From the NCBI GenBank assembly GCA_004764695.1, contig SMSO01000004.1, forward strand, positions 1,798,001-1,862,000: a stretch of DNA of 64,000 nucleotides, given 5' to 3'. The notes below the pieces were generated by a model. That model was not told the origin of the DNA and searched no databases. It saw only the letters and a list, made by a program, of their open reading frames with translations. The stretch is from Schizochytrium sp. TIO01 (Eukaryota; Protista; Bigyra: Labyrinthulomycetes). The translations under genes and the position numbers were made by a program. Below, piece by piece: positions 1-10,174 of the stretch (within the stretch, counting starts at the first letter, position 1; every line of letters starts with the position of its first letter).

Positions 1-2
1 GC

Positions 3-890
3 GGCTATGGCGGCTACGATGGTGCCGGAAACGATGGTGGCTTTATGAATGATGGGAACGATGCTAGCCAAGGTTCACCTTCCTCAAAGCGGAGTAAAAT
101 TGAGTACCTAGTTCCCGTTACGATTCGTCAAATGATCGAGGCTGTAGAGGTGCCTGAGTCAGGTTTTTCGATTGATGGTAGGCCCGTGAACAAGATCTGC
201 TGTGTTGGTAAGGTTATGATGTACGTCAAGAAGCAATCAAACTTCGAGGTAGAAATTGAAGACTCCACTGGCAACTTTCGTGCGCAAAAGTGGTTTACTG
301 GTACCGGCGAAGAGGTAGCTGAGTACCCCGTAGGTTCCATGGTCATGATCCATGGTAACTTGCGCTCATTTGGAGGCAAGCGCAATCTGAGCGCGTTTTC
401 TGTGCGACTTATTGAGGACTACAACATTCTGACACACCACTTTCTCGAAGCCATGCTCACACACCTTCAGGTTACTCAGGGACCTGTGAACAAGGCCTTA
501 CGCAACGCTGTTGCTGGAGGCGCCATGATGCAACAGCAGAACCCTGCAGATAACTATGGTTCATCACACAGCGGCATGGACTCCTCCTATGGACAGTCTG
601 GCCTTGACCCATCAATGAATATGGGCCAATCTTTGACTAGTGCTAATGTCAATGCCGGCCAGGGTGACGGTGGTGACCTGCCTGCGCAAGCCCTCCGCGT
701 CTTCAATACGCCGGAGGCCGCTGAACTTGAGGAAGGCTACACTCCAGAACAAGTGTTGCAGATCATGCAGGGTCAAGGCTCCAGTGTGAACATCCAGCAG
801 ATTATCAATGCCATCTCTGTGCTTACGAACGAGGGTCACCTCTATTCTACCATCGATGACAACCACTACAAGTCAACTGGTGAGGGCTAG
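3..890 (+). CDS. RPA2: Replication protein A 32-kDa subunit (RPA2/RPA32), 5'-truncated by the window edge
   Basis: The frame is open from nt 3 (GYGGYDGAGNDGGFM..., a typical Gly/Tyr-rich RPA32 N-terminus). It contains an OB fold (LVPVTIRQM...IEDSTG...VMIHGNLRSFGGKRNLSAFSVRLIEDYNILTHHFLEAM) and a C-terminal winged-helix motif (LTNEGHLYSTIDDNHYKST). Confidence 0.93.
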   Translation, partial: GYGGYDGAGNDGGFMNDGNDASQGSPSSKRSKIEYLVPVTIRQMIEAVEVPESGFSIDGRPVNKICCVGKVMMYVKKQSNFEVEIEDSTGNFRAQKWFTGTGEEVAEYPVGSMVMIHGNLRSFGGKRNLSAFSVRLIEDYNILTHHFLEAMLTHLQVTQGPVNKALRNAVAGGAMMQQQNPADNYGSSHSGMDSSYGQSGLDPSMNMGQSLTSANVNAGQGDGGDLPAQALRVFNTPEAAELEEGYTPEQVLQIMQGQGSSVNIQQIINAISVLTNEGHLYSTIDDNHYKSTGEG

Positions 891-1516
891 AAGACAATTA
901 CCTCTTGATGTCCCCAAAAATGTTTGCCAGCCAAACATTGCTCTACCTAGGTTGTGATTCTTCCCATACCTCTTGTCCCTTATACGAACCCCGTCAAATC
1001 ATTCCCTTACGCGCGGCAGCTGCATGTGGATGAGAAGACAGAATATAGGTGCGGATACACCTCCAAAGTAGCGACGGGCCAAAATTAAGATTATTGTTTC
1101 TCACTTACTCTTCTCACTTGCATTTGCAGAAGCATTAACAACAACATTAACCAGAGGTTCTTGTAACAGAATACGCTGCAAACAACTATATCGACTCGCA
1201 TCAAGCAACACCATGAGCAGCAAAATAACACCACTACCTACATAAAAATAACTACTTCAACAGAAATATTTTTGTTTGATCAATTACATGCTATACACCC
1301 ACACCTAAAAAGTTGGACGAAATTTTATGTCTCAACAAAAACTCAGTTGGTTTATATAAATAATCCACACATAGGATCGCATCTCCGGTTCAGGAATGAC
1401 TATTATCTACTGTCTGCAATGGCACAAGTTACTGTTTTAAGCCAACCTGTTCTTCCTCTCTATCAATCTAAATGTGGTTGCCCCGTGAACGAGGTTAGAT
1501 CACTTACACTTCATCC

Positions 1517-4500
1517 TCATTTGCGTTTCGAAGCTGCTGTGGAAAACCCAAAGGGTCTTGTTGGGGTAGCTCCTGTGCTCGGAGTAGGCGCACTAGTTCT
1601 CCTAATACACTCTGCTCTCTCATGAAGCTCACGGTCCTCTTCGCGTATTTCTTCCCCACAACCTAATGAGCACAAGACAATGCGTTTAGGACACTCACGT
1701 CGCTCGTGCCGCTTTAATTTCTCCGCCGGCATCGTAGCGTTACATCCGAGACCACACCATGCAATGCGTTTTCGGCATTCATATTTTTCGTGTGTCTCTA
1801 ATTCATCAAACGGCATCATTTTTGGACACCCAACACGACAACATACCAGTCGTTTGGTGCAAGAATAACGTTTGTGGTGATCTAGTAGCGCGAGTGGAAC
1901 TTTTTCACCACATCCTGAACCACAGGCAACAAGTCTCCGGTCACACTCTTCCTCTAGGTGATATTGAAGGTGCTTTTGCCTAAGACGATCATCAAGACCG
2001 GCCTTGGGACCATCAAACGTGTTCGAGAGGCGACACCCATTGTTTGGGCACCACACAATACGCTCAGCACATTCTGTATCCATGTGGCGTTCCATATCTG
2101 CCAGAGGAACCTTCAAACGACAGCCCAGCTCACATTTTACAAAACGTCGTTTGCACTCTGACTGTAAGTGATTTTTGAGATTCTGTGCTTCTACAAAGTC
2201 TTTGCAGTGGTTTGGGCAGTCAACGGGCCGCCTCGGGCATGCTTTAAGCTCATGGGCAAAGCGATCCTTGTATTTTGCACCTTCTTTACACTTCCATCGA
2301 CAAGGCACAATCCTTGAACTACAACGCAATTGCTCATGACTATCACGAAGTCGTGCGACCAATTCTTTTCCACAACCGGGAATTCGACACCGGACTAGGC
2401 GTTCAGGACAAAGCTTGCGGCGGTGCTCAGAATATTTACACCAAGGAAGTACTGCTCCGCAACCATTCTCACATGTTTGCGCACGCATTGGACAATCGGA
2501 CTTGTCATGCACATGCATTTTTTCCAAAATCACCATTTCGTTGCATCGAAGACAGGGAATTCGGCGTTTTATACAGCAATAGTCAACATGCCATTGCTTG
2601 GTGCATGCTTTGACATCACTAGCTCCGCATCCATTTGGGCAAGTCTCTGGCCGTTGAGGGCAAATACTCGTCATGTGTTCTTTCAGCTCTTCTGCCCACA
2701 TACCAGTTATGCCACATTTATATGGACATTCAACTATGCGCTTGGGACACAGATGATTTTCATGATACACAACGTAGTCAGAATCCTTCTCCTTCTCAAT
2801 CTCTGCTCTTGTCATCGTGCGTGAGAAGAATGACTTTGGTAAGACACGAAGCTTGGCTCCGCAGCCCCATCCGCAAACAACCACTTGGTTTGCTTGGCCG
2901 CGTTGAGCAACAGCATCTCCAAGATTGCCATATTTAACTTGTGCTAGTTGTCTAACAACTTCCACAAAGTTACTCCCACGAGCCCTTTCAATGGCTGTTT
3001 TCCCATAGATATCTTGGCGGTTTAAGTCTGCACCGTGCTCCAACAAAAGCCTGCACGCCTCCCATTTGCCGGCTGCTGCAGCATGGATGAGTGCTGTTTT
3101 GCCATCTTGTAAAACTTGATCGGGAATGGCACCTCGCTTCAAAAGGGCTTCCATAACGTTTATTCGTCCGGCCTTACTTGCCATCGAGAGTGGTGTGTGC
3201 ATAATGTGCGTTTCGCGATTTACATTCGGCGATTTATTGGGCAAATCCAGTAGCAACTCAACAGCAAGAACCTGCTCATTGTCTTTATTCACAGCTTCTG
3301 TGCCTCTCCAGGAAGCATAAGTGAGTGCGGTATGACCTTCTGGTGTTTCGTAGTCTATGGTTGCGCCTGTTTCAACAAGGAGAACGATTTTCTCGAAGTC
3401 CTCGACAAGAATGGCTTCTCCCATGCTCTTATTGAGCTTTCGCATCTTATCAATTTCCTGTTCTCGCTGCTTCTTTTGAAGTGCTTGCTCGCGCAATGCT
3501 TCACAATGCTCAATATGCTTTTGTTTCTCTCTTTCAACGAATCGAAGGGTGTCTTCATTTGCACCAGACTTATCCCACCCGACGCCGTGTTTCCAAGAAA
3601 AACACCCTTGATATTTAACACCTGCTTGGGCTACATCTAGTGTTGTCTTCACGGGCTTGCGCTCCTCCGGGAGTTCTGTAATTTCGTGGCCTAACAGTTG
3701 CAAGCGTAGAATTTCTTCCTCTGGAAGCTCTTCAACTGCATAGATAGTTGGATGCCCACGTTTAAATCTCGCATTTATATGATTCCATGGTGTTGGAAAG
3801 CGATACGGAATAGGTCCCACAGGGAATACAGAACTCTCTCGGTGAATACGGGCTCCCCGGAGTATCAAAAGCCGAGCGCACTCATAATGACCATTGTAAA
3901 TAGCATGTGAGAGAGGAGTTCGGCTAGTTTGACGCCAATGACGGTGCTTTGACGCAAGCTTCTTCACTTGGAAAAGAAAAATCAAATCTTCGTTCCGAAA
4001 TTGGCTTGCAAGAGCGCGTGACCATGGTGGGCGGTGCTTTCTTCGCAAATAGTGCTTGACAACAATCTGTGCGAGCCTGATTGCCACATCGCGATGCTCG
4101 TCTTCGTATTCGACAGCAGCACCGCGCTCTAAAAGTAACTCTACAACGCGGACATCACCATACATAGCCGCCCATGACAAAGCACAGTGACCAGCGGATG
4201 ATCGGGCAGATAGAAGTCGAACACAATTGAGTTGAGAGCGTGTATCCTTCAGAGTCTTTGTTTTTTCATCAAGCTCGCTAACAACATCCTCAAGGGGGAC
4301 TGACGCTGCCAAGACTTTGCTTTCCGCGAAGCGACACTGATGGCTAGCCTCATCTACTTTCAGCTGAAGCTTATTTAGTGCAAGTCTTAAAGCGCTTATC
4401 TCTTTGCGATTCGGTAGCAACACCGCATGTACAACATGGTGTTTGGTTGCAGCTGCATGTGCCCATATATTCATGGCATCAAGCAACTTCAAGCGACCCG

Positions 4501-7500
4501 AGCTATCGCTATCATTATCTTGGTCATCTTCTAAATTCTTTTGTTCTTGTTGTCTTGACTGAGGTCTTTTGCTGTTTTGATGGCCCTTTGCGCTTTCTTG
4601 AGAATCAGGAACATGTAAGCTTGTAGCCATTGCACACATAGCAGCAAAGCTTGACCCATTTCTTTCGAGTCCTTGATCGATCGCTTCAATCAAATTCTTG
4701 CTTCGAGCGACCGCCATGGCATCTATTCGACCATTGTTTAGAATCATTAGCAGTCTTCTCTTCAGATTCTGATCGCGCACTAACTGCTGACGACCAATGT
4801 TCCAATAGTTATTGATCACAATACTTGTTCGAATAGTATCCCGTTCCTTCAACGGTTCAATATTCAAGAGAGTGCACATGAGCTGCATTACTAAGTGCAT
4901 GTCTTGTGTTGGCTCTGTAATTGCATCTAGCTCACGAAAGTCTTCGCGTCCAACGAAATGTAGAGCACGAGTTGCCGCAGACACTAGAGGTTCCATTTCT
5001 TCTGTCTCTGCATAAGTACATGCTTGCTCGAGCTCTGTGATGCGTCCCTCCAAAGACTTGAACTCGTCGAGAAGGTCTTGTAAAATCCTCGAGCGACGTT
5101 CAAATCCAGGCAGTGCAGCAGTTTGCTGAGTTTCTAACTCTTCGCGCATGGTTTCCAGTGTTCGAATTCGCTCATCAAGCTCAATGCACTGGTTGTGCAA
5201 TATTGTCTTTTGATCAGGGAAATGAGGCAATCCCAATGCGAGCAAATTGTCAAGAGGCTCCAGTTCGCATAACATGATATTACGGAACAGAGATGCTAAG
5301 TCACGACGGAATGAGCTTGCCAGTTCTAACTTATCAACAAGGGTTTTATTGCCAAGGCGCTGAGCTAGACCAATAGGCGTCAGTGCATTTTTGCTGGCTT
5401 CATCAATTGAGACGCCATGTTCAATAAGGAATTCAACAACTTCAACATGTCCATGCATGATTGCTTGAAGCAATGGCGTGTGACCTCTAGAGGTTTCGCG
5501 ATTAAGATCAGCGCCCTTTTCTGTTAAAAAATGCAAAATCTCGAGTTGACCGTGCATTGCTGCACGAGTGATTGGTGAATGGCCAACACGGGACTCTATG
5601 GCCAAAATCTCAGCCAACTGCGCTCTTTTACACCTTGCTTCTTCCGCCCGGTCCATGGGTTTATCGTAGGCTTCTCTCGGTAAATTTTCAATCATGGAGA
5701 TGATTGTTTGTGCAAGCGCCAGCTCACCTTTTCCACATGCGTAAGATAAGCAAGACTCTTGATGTTCTTCGCACACGACAAGTCGCGCGGCTCCACGTTC
5801 AATATCACTTGTGAGCCAGGAGCGTAACGATCGTGTGCATGCTGCACTATCGGCACCGCATGGGATCTTGCGATTGTGGCAAACTTGTAGATGACTCTCA
5901 AGTTGCTCAGCTCGAACTATATCGCCACAAGAGTTTGGGCAAACCATAGGTCGTCTTCGGCATTCATGCTCCTCATGATGGCGCCGTCGACTCCACCTCA
6001 CATCAAGACCACATCCTTGTCTGCAATCCTCTACACGATTATCACAAAACTTGACTTCGTGAATTTCCATTTCATCATCAGCAACAAGCTGCCGACAACC
6101 AAGAGGGCACCAGCGCTTTCGTTTGGGGCAAACAGAAGCTTGATGCTTGGCAATTTCGTCTAAGGGAAATGTTTCTCCACACTCACATAGTGTAGGTCTG
6201 CGTGAGCAAGTTTCAACTTTGTGGGTAGAAATTTCTCTGAATGTACATACCTTCACGAGTCCACATTGAGGGCAATCTACAAGGCGGAGAGGGCACTCAT
6301 CATTCTCATGCTTAGGCTGCTCTTCAGCCCACATGCGCTCGATCCCACACCCAAACTGACACTGGACTTCTCGTTTGGGGCATGCATGTTCAAGGTGGTC
6401 TTCCATCTTACGTCGTTCAATATAAGCACCGCATCCAAGTAAGCAACGAACTTTGGCAGCTTCACAATCAACGGTGGCGTGTGTTGGCAAAGCAATCTTA
6501 TCGATCCATTCACCACAACTACATTTCACCTTCTGAAATTGACATTCGGTATTTTCATGGCGCCAAAGGTTGCAATGCAAAGTCTCGGTCCCACAACCCG
6601 GGTTACTACACCTAACAACACGTCGGATACAACCTTGCTGTAAATGGGTATCAAGCTGCTCCTCTTGCATAACCTGGCCACACTGATTTGGACACTGAAG
6701 ATGGCGTTTTGGGCACTCTAAACCAATGTGCTTCAGGCGATCACATGCTTTCATAGTCCCGCAGGTCCAACCCGCAAGATCCATGGGCTCGACATCAGAA
6801 AGAGGCCCGGCTGGGTCACCAAAGATACCTTCAATATGGTTTTTGCCATCGTTGGCTGGTCGAACCGTATGTTTCCCCGAGTCAGCATCAAAAGATAGAA
6901 CAAATCCAACCTGGCGTCCTTGGTCAAAACGAACACGTCTTCCAACATAATCCAAGAGACATGGTAAAACGCGATTTGGGCATGTTCCTGATTCATGCAT
7001 AACGTGAGCTTGAACATGCTGAATTTCCATAACTTCGCTACAACCGAGAGGACATGGTACAGGCCTCCTGAAGCATTCATTTGCTTCGTGTTGGGCCATA
7101 TGTTGGGCTTGTATATCTGGTGTTCCACAATCGTACCGACATTTAATTATGCGCCGTTCACAAAAGTGACATTCATGGACCTGTCGACGATCAAGTGGCC
7201 CGAGTACAATACCACAACCCAGACTGCATGGTTGTTTACAAAAATTATCCTCGTGCTCGTTCCTCTCAACAAATCGAAGACGGAGGCCACACCCTACACG
7301 ACAAGTTACGTAACGATTTGGACACGCATGTGCGCGATGTGCAGCAAGCTTATTCCATTCCATGTAAGATCCACAACCCTCGTGTGTGGATGTGGTTGTG
7401 CACTGGACAACCCGAAGTGGGCAGTCTGAATTTTCATGTTCTGCTAGGTGACGATGTTGTAAAAGTTCTCCGCAACCAAGTCTACATTCGCGAGAACGGA

Positions 7501-9073
7501 ACTCACACTTATGAATTTCATGTGACCCAATGTCCTCCTGTCTCATTTTGACTTTGCAACCTCGATACACGTTACAGCATAGTACAATTCTACGTGAACA
7601 TTCGTGTTCTAAGTGGTGCTGCATCTCTGATGCAGAAACTTGCGCTCCACATTCTCGGTCACACTGAATGATGCGTTTCGGGCAATCCCAATACTCATGC
7701 CTGCTTATTCGATCTACTCGATCTCGGAACCCACATCCATTTTTGCATTCTCTCGGGGCTTTTGCTTGAGCTTCTGACCTAAGACGCTCTTTTCGTGCAT
7801 CAACACGTTGATGTGCCTCCAAGAGAACCTCTTGCACATCGGTATCACCCATTAACTTTGCATACTCTGCAGCATCACGCCCACTAGCATCTTTTGCCAT
7901 TATGAGATCAAGAAAAAAAACTCCCCAGTCTTTGTACTTTTCGACACTATCCATGTCTGTAATCTGAACGTCAACCGCTGTTAGAAGGTCATCACGGTGT
8001 CGCATAGCCAAGTCCAAAGCGTGGTCGATAATAAGCATGGCCACACGACTGTGACCATTGGTGATAGCATACATGAGCGGGGTCTTGCGCTCTTTTAGAG
8101 TACGGTGCTCTAAATCTGCACCTTGAGCAATTAGATTCTGTACTGCATCATACTGGCCACATGCTGCTGCCCAGCTAAGCGCCGAATGACCTCCTGTAAG
8201 GGACGAGAGATTGATGTCCGCACCGTGATGCAGCAATAAGCTCAGGAGCTCAAGGTGGTTCGCTGCTGCTGCGCGATGCAGCGCTGTCATCCCACCTTCA
8301 ATTGTGGTATTTAAATAATACGTATCAAAGTTTTGTACATTTGATTTTTGAAGCTCTTGGGGCTCGTGGCTTTGGTCCAATAGTTTTTGTCGTTCGCGCA
8401 CAGCTCTGTCAAAAGTATGTCTAGATTGCTTACATTCTACAACAAGAGAAAATATTTCTTCGAGGTTGTTTTCGCGTATATGGCTACGGATGATATCTGT
8501 AAGTCTGTTATTCTCTGCAAATATGTTTGCATCAAGCTTTTTCCTACGTGCCATGTCAGCAAGTCGACGGCGTTGCCACCCAAGCTCTGAATTCACAGCT
8601 TCTTCTAGCAGATGTGCGCATACTTTATGACGAGCCATGCGAGCCCAGTCAAGGGCAGAGCGCCCAGCTACATCTTTGCGAAAGACGTCAACATTTTGAG
8701 TATCCAACAAAGTCTGTACAACTTTATCATGCCCACCAGCTGCGGCTTTCATGAGTCCTGACCTTCCAGCTTGGTTAGCGTGGTCTGGAGCAGCTCCATG
8801 TTGTAGTAGTGCTTTCACAACACTAAGTTCCCCTGCGCCGCAGGCCTTAGTGAGTAAGGTTTCTTCACCTGGACATCGCTGATCAGGATCAACTTCGCCA
8901 GCGTCTACCATCCATAGTGCTTCTTCGAAGTCATACCTCGCAACTAGTTGTTCAAACTGCTTTTTCTCCCTAGGTCCTGTTTCGAGCCTCTTTATTGACG
9001 GCGAGCATACTCCATCTCGATTCTGCTCTTCTATGGCAGGGACAGCGATAGTCTCAGCCTCCTCCTCGTGCAT
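1517..9073 (-). CDS. Giant multidomain protein: ankyrin repeats, ~34 TRAF-type zinc fingers in two arrays, and a dynein-stalk/MTBD-like coiled-coil insert
   Basis: Uninterrupted ORF; first ATG at 9073 (the track start at 9154 is TTG). Ankyrin motifs include GMTALHRAAAANHLELLSLLLHHGADIN, GHTPLLQAIMHGHVEVVEFLIEHG and GKTALIHAAAAGKWEACRLLLEHGADLN. Repeated C-x2-4-C-x11-12-H-x3-4-C-(P)xR units: about 20 at ~5850-7750 and about 14 at ~1600-2880. Coiled coil plus MTBD-like segment at ~4220-5215. No RING or MATH domain seen. Confidence 0.9.
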   Translation of the reverse strand: MHEEEAETIAVPAIEEQNRDGVCSPSIKRLETGPREKKQFEQLVARYDFEEALWMVDAGEVDPDQRCPGEETLLTKACGAGELSVVKALLQHGAAPDHANQAGRSGLMKAAAGGHDKVVQTLLDTQNVDVFRKDVAGRSALDWARMARHKVCAHLLEEAVNSELGWQRRRLADMARRKKLDANIFAENNRLTDIIRSHIRENNLEEIFSLVVECKQSRHTFDRAVRERQKLLDQSHEPQELQKSNVQNFDTYYLNTTIEGGMTALHRAAAANHLELLSLLLHHGADINLSSLTGGHSALSWAAACGQYDAVQNLIAQGADLEHRTLKERKTPLMYAITNGHSRVAMLIIDHALDLAMRHRDDLLTAVDVQITDMDSVEKYKDWGVFFLDLIMAKDASGRDAAEYAKLMGDTDVQEVLLEAHQRVDARKERLRSEAQAKAPRECKNGCGFRDRVDRISRHEYWDCPKRIIQCDRECGAQVSASEMQHHLEHECSRRIVLCCNVYRGCKVKMRQEDIGSHEIHKCEFRSRECRLGCGELLQHRHLAEHENSDCPLRVVQCTTTSTHEGCGSYMEWNKLAAHRAHACPNRYVTCRVGCGLRLRFVERNEHEDNFCKQPCSLGCGIVLGPLDRRQVHECHFCERRIIKCRYDCGTPDIQAQHMAQHEANECFRRPVPCPLGCSEVMEIQHVQAHVMHESGTCPNRVLPCLLDYVGRRVRFDQGRQVGFVLSFDADSGKHTVRPANDGKNHIEGIFGDPAGPLSDVEPMDLAGWTCGTMKACDRLKHIGLECPKRHLQCPNQCGQVMQEEQLDTHLQQGCIRRVVRCSNPGCGTETLHCNLWRHENTECQFQKVKCSCGEWIDKIALPTHATVDCEAAKVRCLLGCGAYIERRKMEDHLEHACPKREVQCQFGCGIERMWAEEQPKHENDECPLRLVDCPQCGLVKVCTFREISTHKVETCSRRPTLCECGETFPLDEIAKHQASVCPKRKRWCPLGCRQLVADDEMEIHEVKFCDNRVEDCRQGCGLDVRWSRRRHHEEHECRRRPMVCPNSCGDIVRAEQLESHLQVCHNRKIPCGADSAACTRSLRSWLTSDIERGAARLVVCEEHQESCLSYACGKGELALAQTIISMIENLPREAYDKPMDRAEEARCKRAQLAEILAIESRVGHSPITRAAMHGQLEILHFLTEKGADLNRETSRGHTPLLQAIMHGHVEVVEFLIEHGVSIDEASKNALTPIGLAQRLGNKTLVDKLELASSFRRDLASLFRNIMLCELEPLDNLLALGLPHFPDQKTILHNQCIELDERIRTLETMREELETQQTAALPGFERRSRILQDLLDEFKSLEGRITELEQACTYAETEEMEPLVSAATRALHFVGREDFRELDAITEPTQDMHLVMQLMCTLLNIEPLKERDTIRTSIVINNYWNIGRQQLVRDQNLKRRLLMILNNGRIDAMAVARSKNLIEAIDQGLERNGSSFAAMCAMATSLHVPDSQESAKGHQNSKRPQSRQQEQKNLEDDQDNDSDSSGRLKLLDAMNIWAHAAATKHHVVHAVLLPNRKEISALRLALNKLQLKVDEASHQCRFAESKVLAASVPLEDVVSELDEKTKTLKDTRSQLNCVRLLSARSSAGHCALSWAAMYGDVRVVELLLERGAAVEYEDEHRDVAIRLAQIVVKHYLRRKHRPPWSRALASQFRNEDLIFLFQVKKLASKHRHWRQTSRTPLSHAIYNGHYECARLLILRGARIHRESSVFPVGPIPYRFPTPWNHINARFKRGHPTIYAVEELPEEEILRLQLLGHEITELPEERKPVKTTLDVAQAGVKYQGCFSWKHGVGWDKSGANEDTLRFVEREKQKHIEHCEALREQALQKKQREQEIDKMRKLNKSMGEAILVEDFEKIVLLVETGATIDYETPEGHTALTYASWRGTEAVNKDNEQVLAVELLLDLPNKSPNVNRETHIMHTPLSMASKAGRINVMEALLKRGAIPDQVLQDGKTALIHAAAAGKWEACRLLLEHGADLNRQDIYGKTAIERARGSNFVEVVRQLAQVKYGNLGDAVAQRGQANQVVVCGWGCGAKLRVLPKSFFSRTMTRAEIEKEKDSDYVVYHENHLCPKRIVECPYKCGITGMWAEELKEHMTSICPQRPETCPNGCGASDVKACTKQWHVDYCCIKRRIPCLRCNEMVILEKMHVHDKSDCPMRAQTCENGCGAVLPWCKYSEHRRKLCPERLVRCRIPGCGKELVARLRDSHEQLRCSSRIVPCRWKCKEGAKYKDRFAHELKACPRRPVDCPNHCKDFVEAQNLKNHLQSECKRRFVKCELGCRLKVPLADMERHMDTECAERIVWCPNNGCRLSNTFDGPKAGLDDRLRQKHLQYHLEEECDRRLVACGSGCGEKVPLALLDHHKRYSCTKRLVCCRVGCPKMMPFDELETHEKYECRKRIAWCGLGCNATMPAEKLKRHERRECPKRIVLCSLGCGEEIREEDRELHERAECIRRTSAPTPSTGATPTRPFGFSTAASKRK

Positions 9074-9865
9074 CTCGCTGAGCAATACCAAGTGCGCCAC
9101 ATGCACAAGCTGCGATTTAGTTGACTCTTCGCTGCCCCTTCCCGAATCCCCCAACCCAAGTTTGCCTCACACACGCAACTTATCTATCACTGACCCCTTT
9201 AAACATTCAATACAGTTCATTCCTGTAGCAGCAAATTGAGGAAAGCGGGTATGAATAAGTAAGCATATAAACAAACAAGCCCAAATTGTAGTCATGGCAA
9301 ACTTAATACTATCACTCACACAACAAATCCATATACATATAATGACAGGCATCAGAGGCTTTCATACTATTTACCTCCCTCTCCATCGCTCTCTTCCCTT
9401 ATAATCATTGACTTAGCCTCGCTCAGTTCTATCCTCTAAGTCCTTTCCCCAGAACGGAATCTCAATGCTTTGACGCAGAGTGCCGTTGAGCCGGTTGTGC
9501 TTCTGCGTTATCCTACTATGGAGATTAAGAGTCTTTTACACGTTCCCTGGAGAGGAGCACTAGGAGGGATTAGGCTAATTCTCCTATCTATCTGTCTGTT
9601 AGATTGCTCTTTTCATTCATTAAATGAAAATAGTGATATATAATTTGCTATATTAATTTTATTACGTATAAAGTATTATAGTGTTTCATTTGATTTGTAT
9701 GAGTTTTGGTTCATGGAGTACTATTTCTGGGTTCTGACGGCACTGGGCTGGCAGAGCGGCAAGTGAGAGAACTTTGGGAGGTCCGAAGCCTGTTGGGTAT
9801 AAGGGGCAGTATCAGGCACCTTGGTGAGTGGCTTGAAGAAAGGTTTCCTTGCGCGCTGTGGCAGG

Positions 9866-10174
9866 ATGACGGACAGCGTAACGGAATGGAGGCACATGTG
9901 GGGCGCCAAGGTGAGCGTACCGTGCGATATGGACATGGATCAGCTGAAGAACACCGTGGAAAAAGCCAAAGAAGTTCTGAAAGACCTCTCTCCTGGATCA
10001 GAACCTTCACAGGACCATGCAGCAGAGATCAAGAACTTCTGTGACGACTGCTACGGGAGGAGTTGGCAAGTAGTTGTGGGACGCCACTTTGGAGTTCATG
10101 CCATTCATGACGTCAAACACTTTGCCTTCTTCTACATTGGGGAGGCTGCCGTTCTTGTTCTGCGAACACAGTGA
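9866..10174 (+). CDS. Dynein light chain, LC8/type-1 family (divergent, possibly an axonemal paralogue)
   Basis: 102 aa from the ATG at 9866. LC8 signature: DM...AAEIKNFCDDCYGRSWQVVVGRHFGVHAIHDVKHFAFFYIGEAAVLVLRT, compared with canonical [51 protein letters not shown]. Confidence 0.9.
   Translation: MTDSVTEWRHMWGAKVSVPCDMDMDQLKNTVEKAKEVLKDLSPGSEPSQDHAAEIKNFCDDCYGRSWQVVVGRHFGVHAIHDVKHFAFFYIGEAAVLVLRTQ

Noticed and set aside
9288-9302. RFX X-box-like motif upstream of the dynein-stalk gene (and at ~57929)
   Set aside because: Imperfect match, and RFX factors are not established in stramenopiles.
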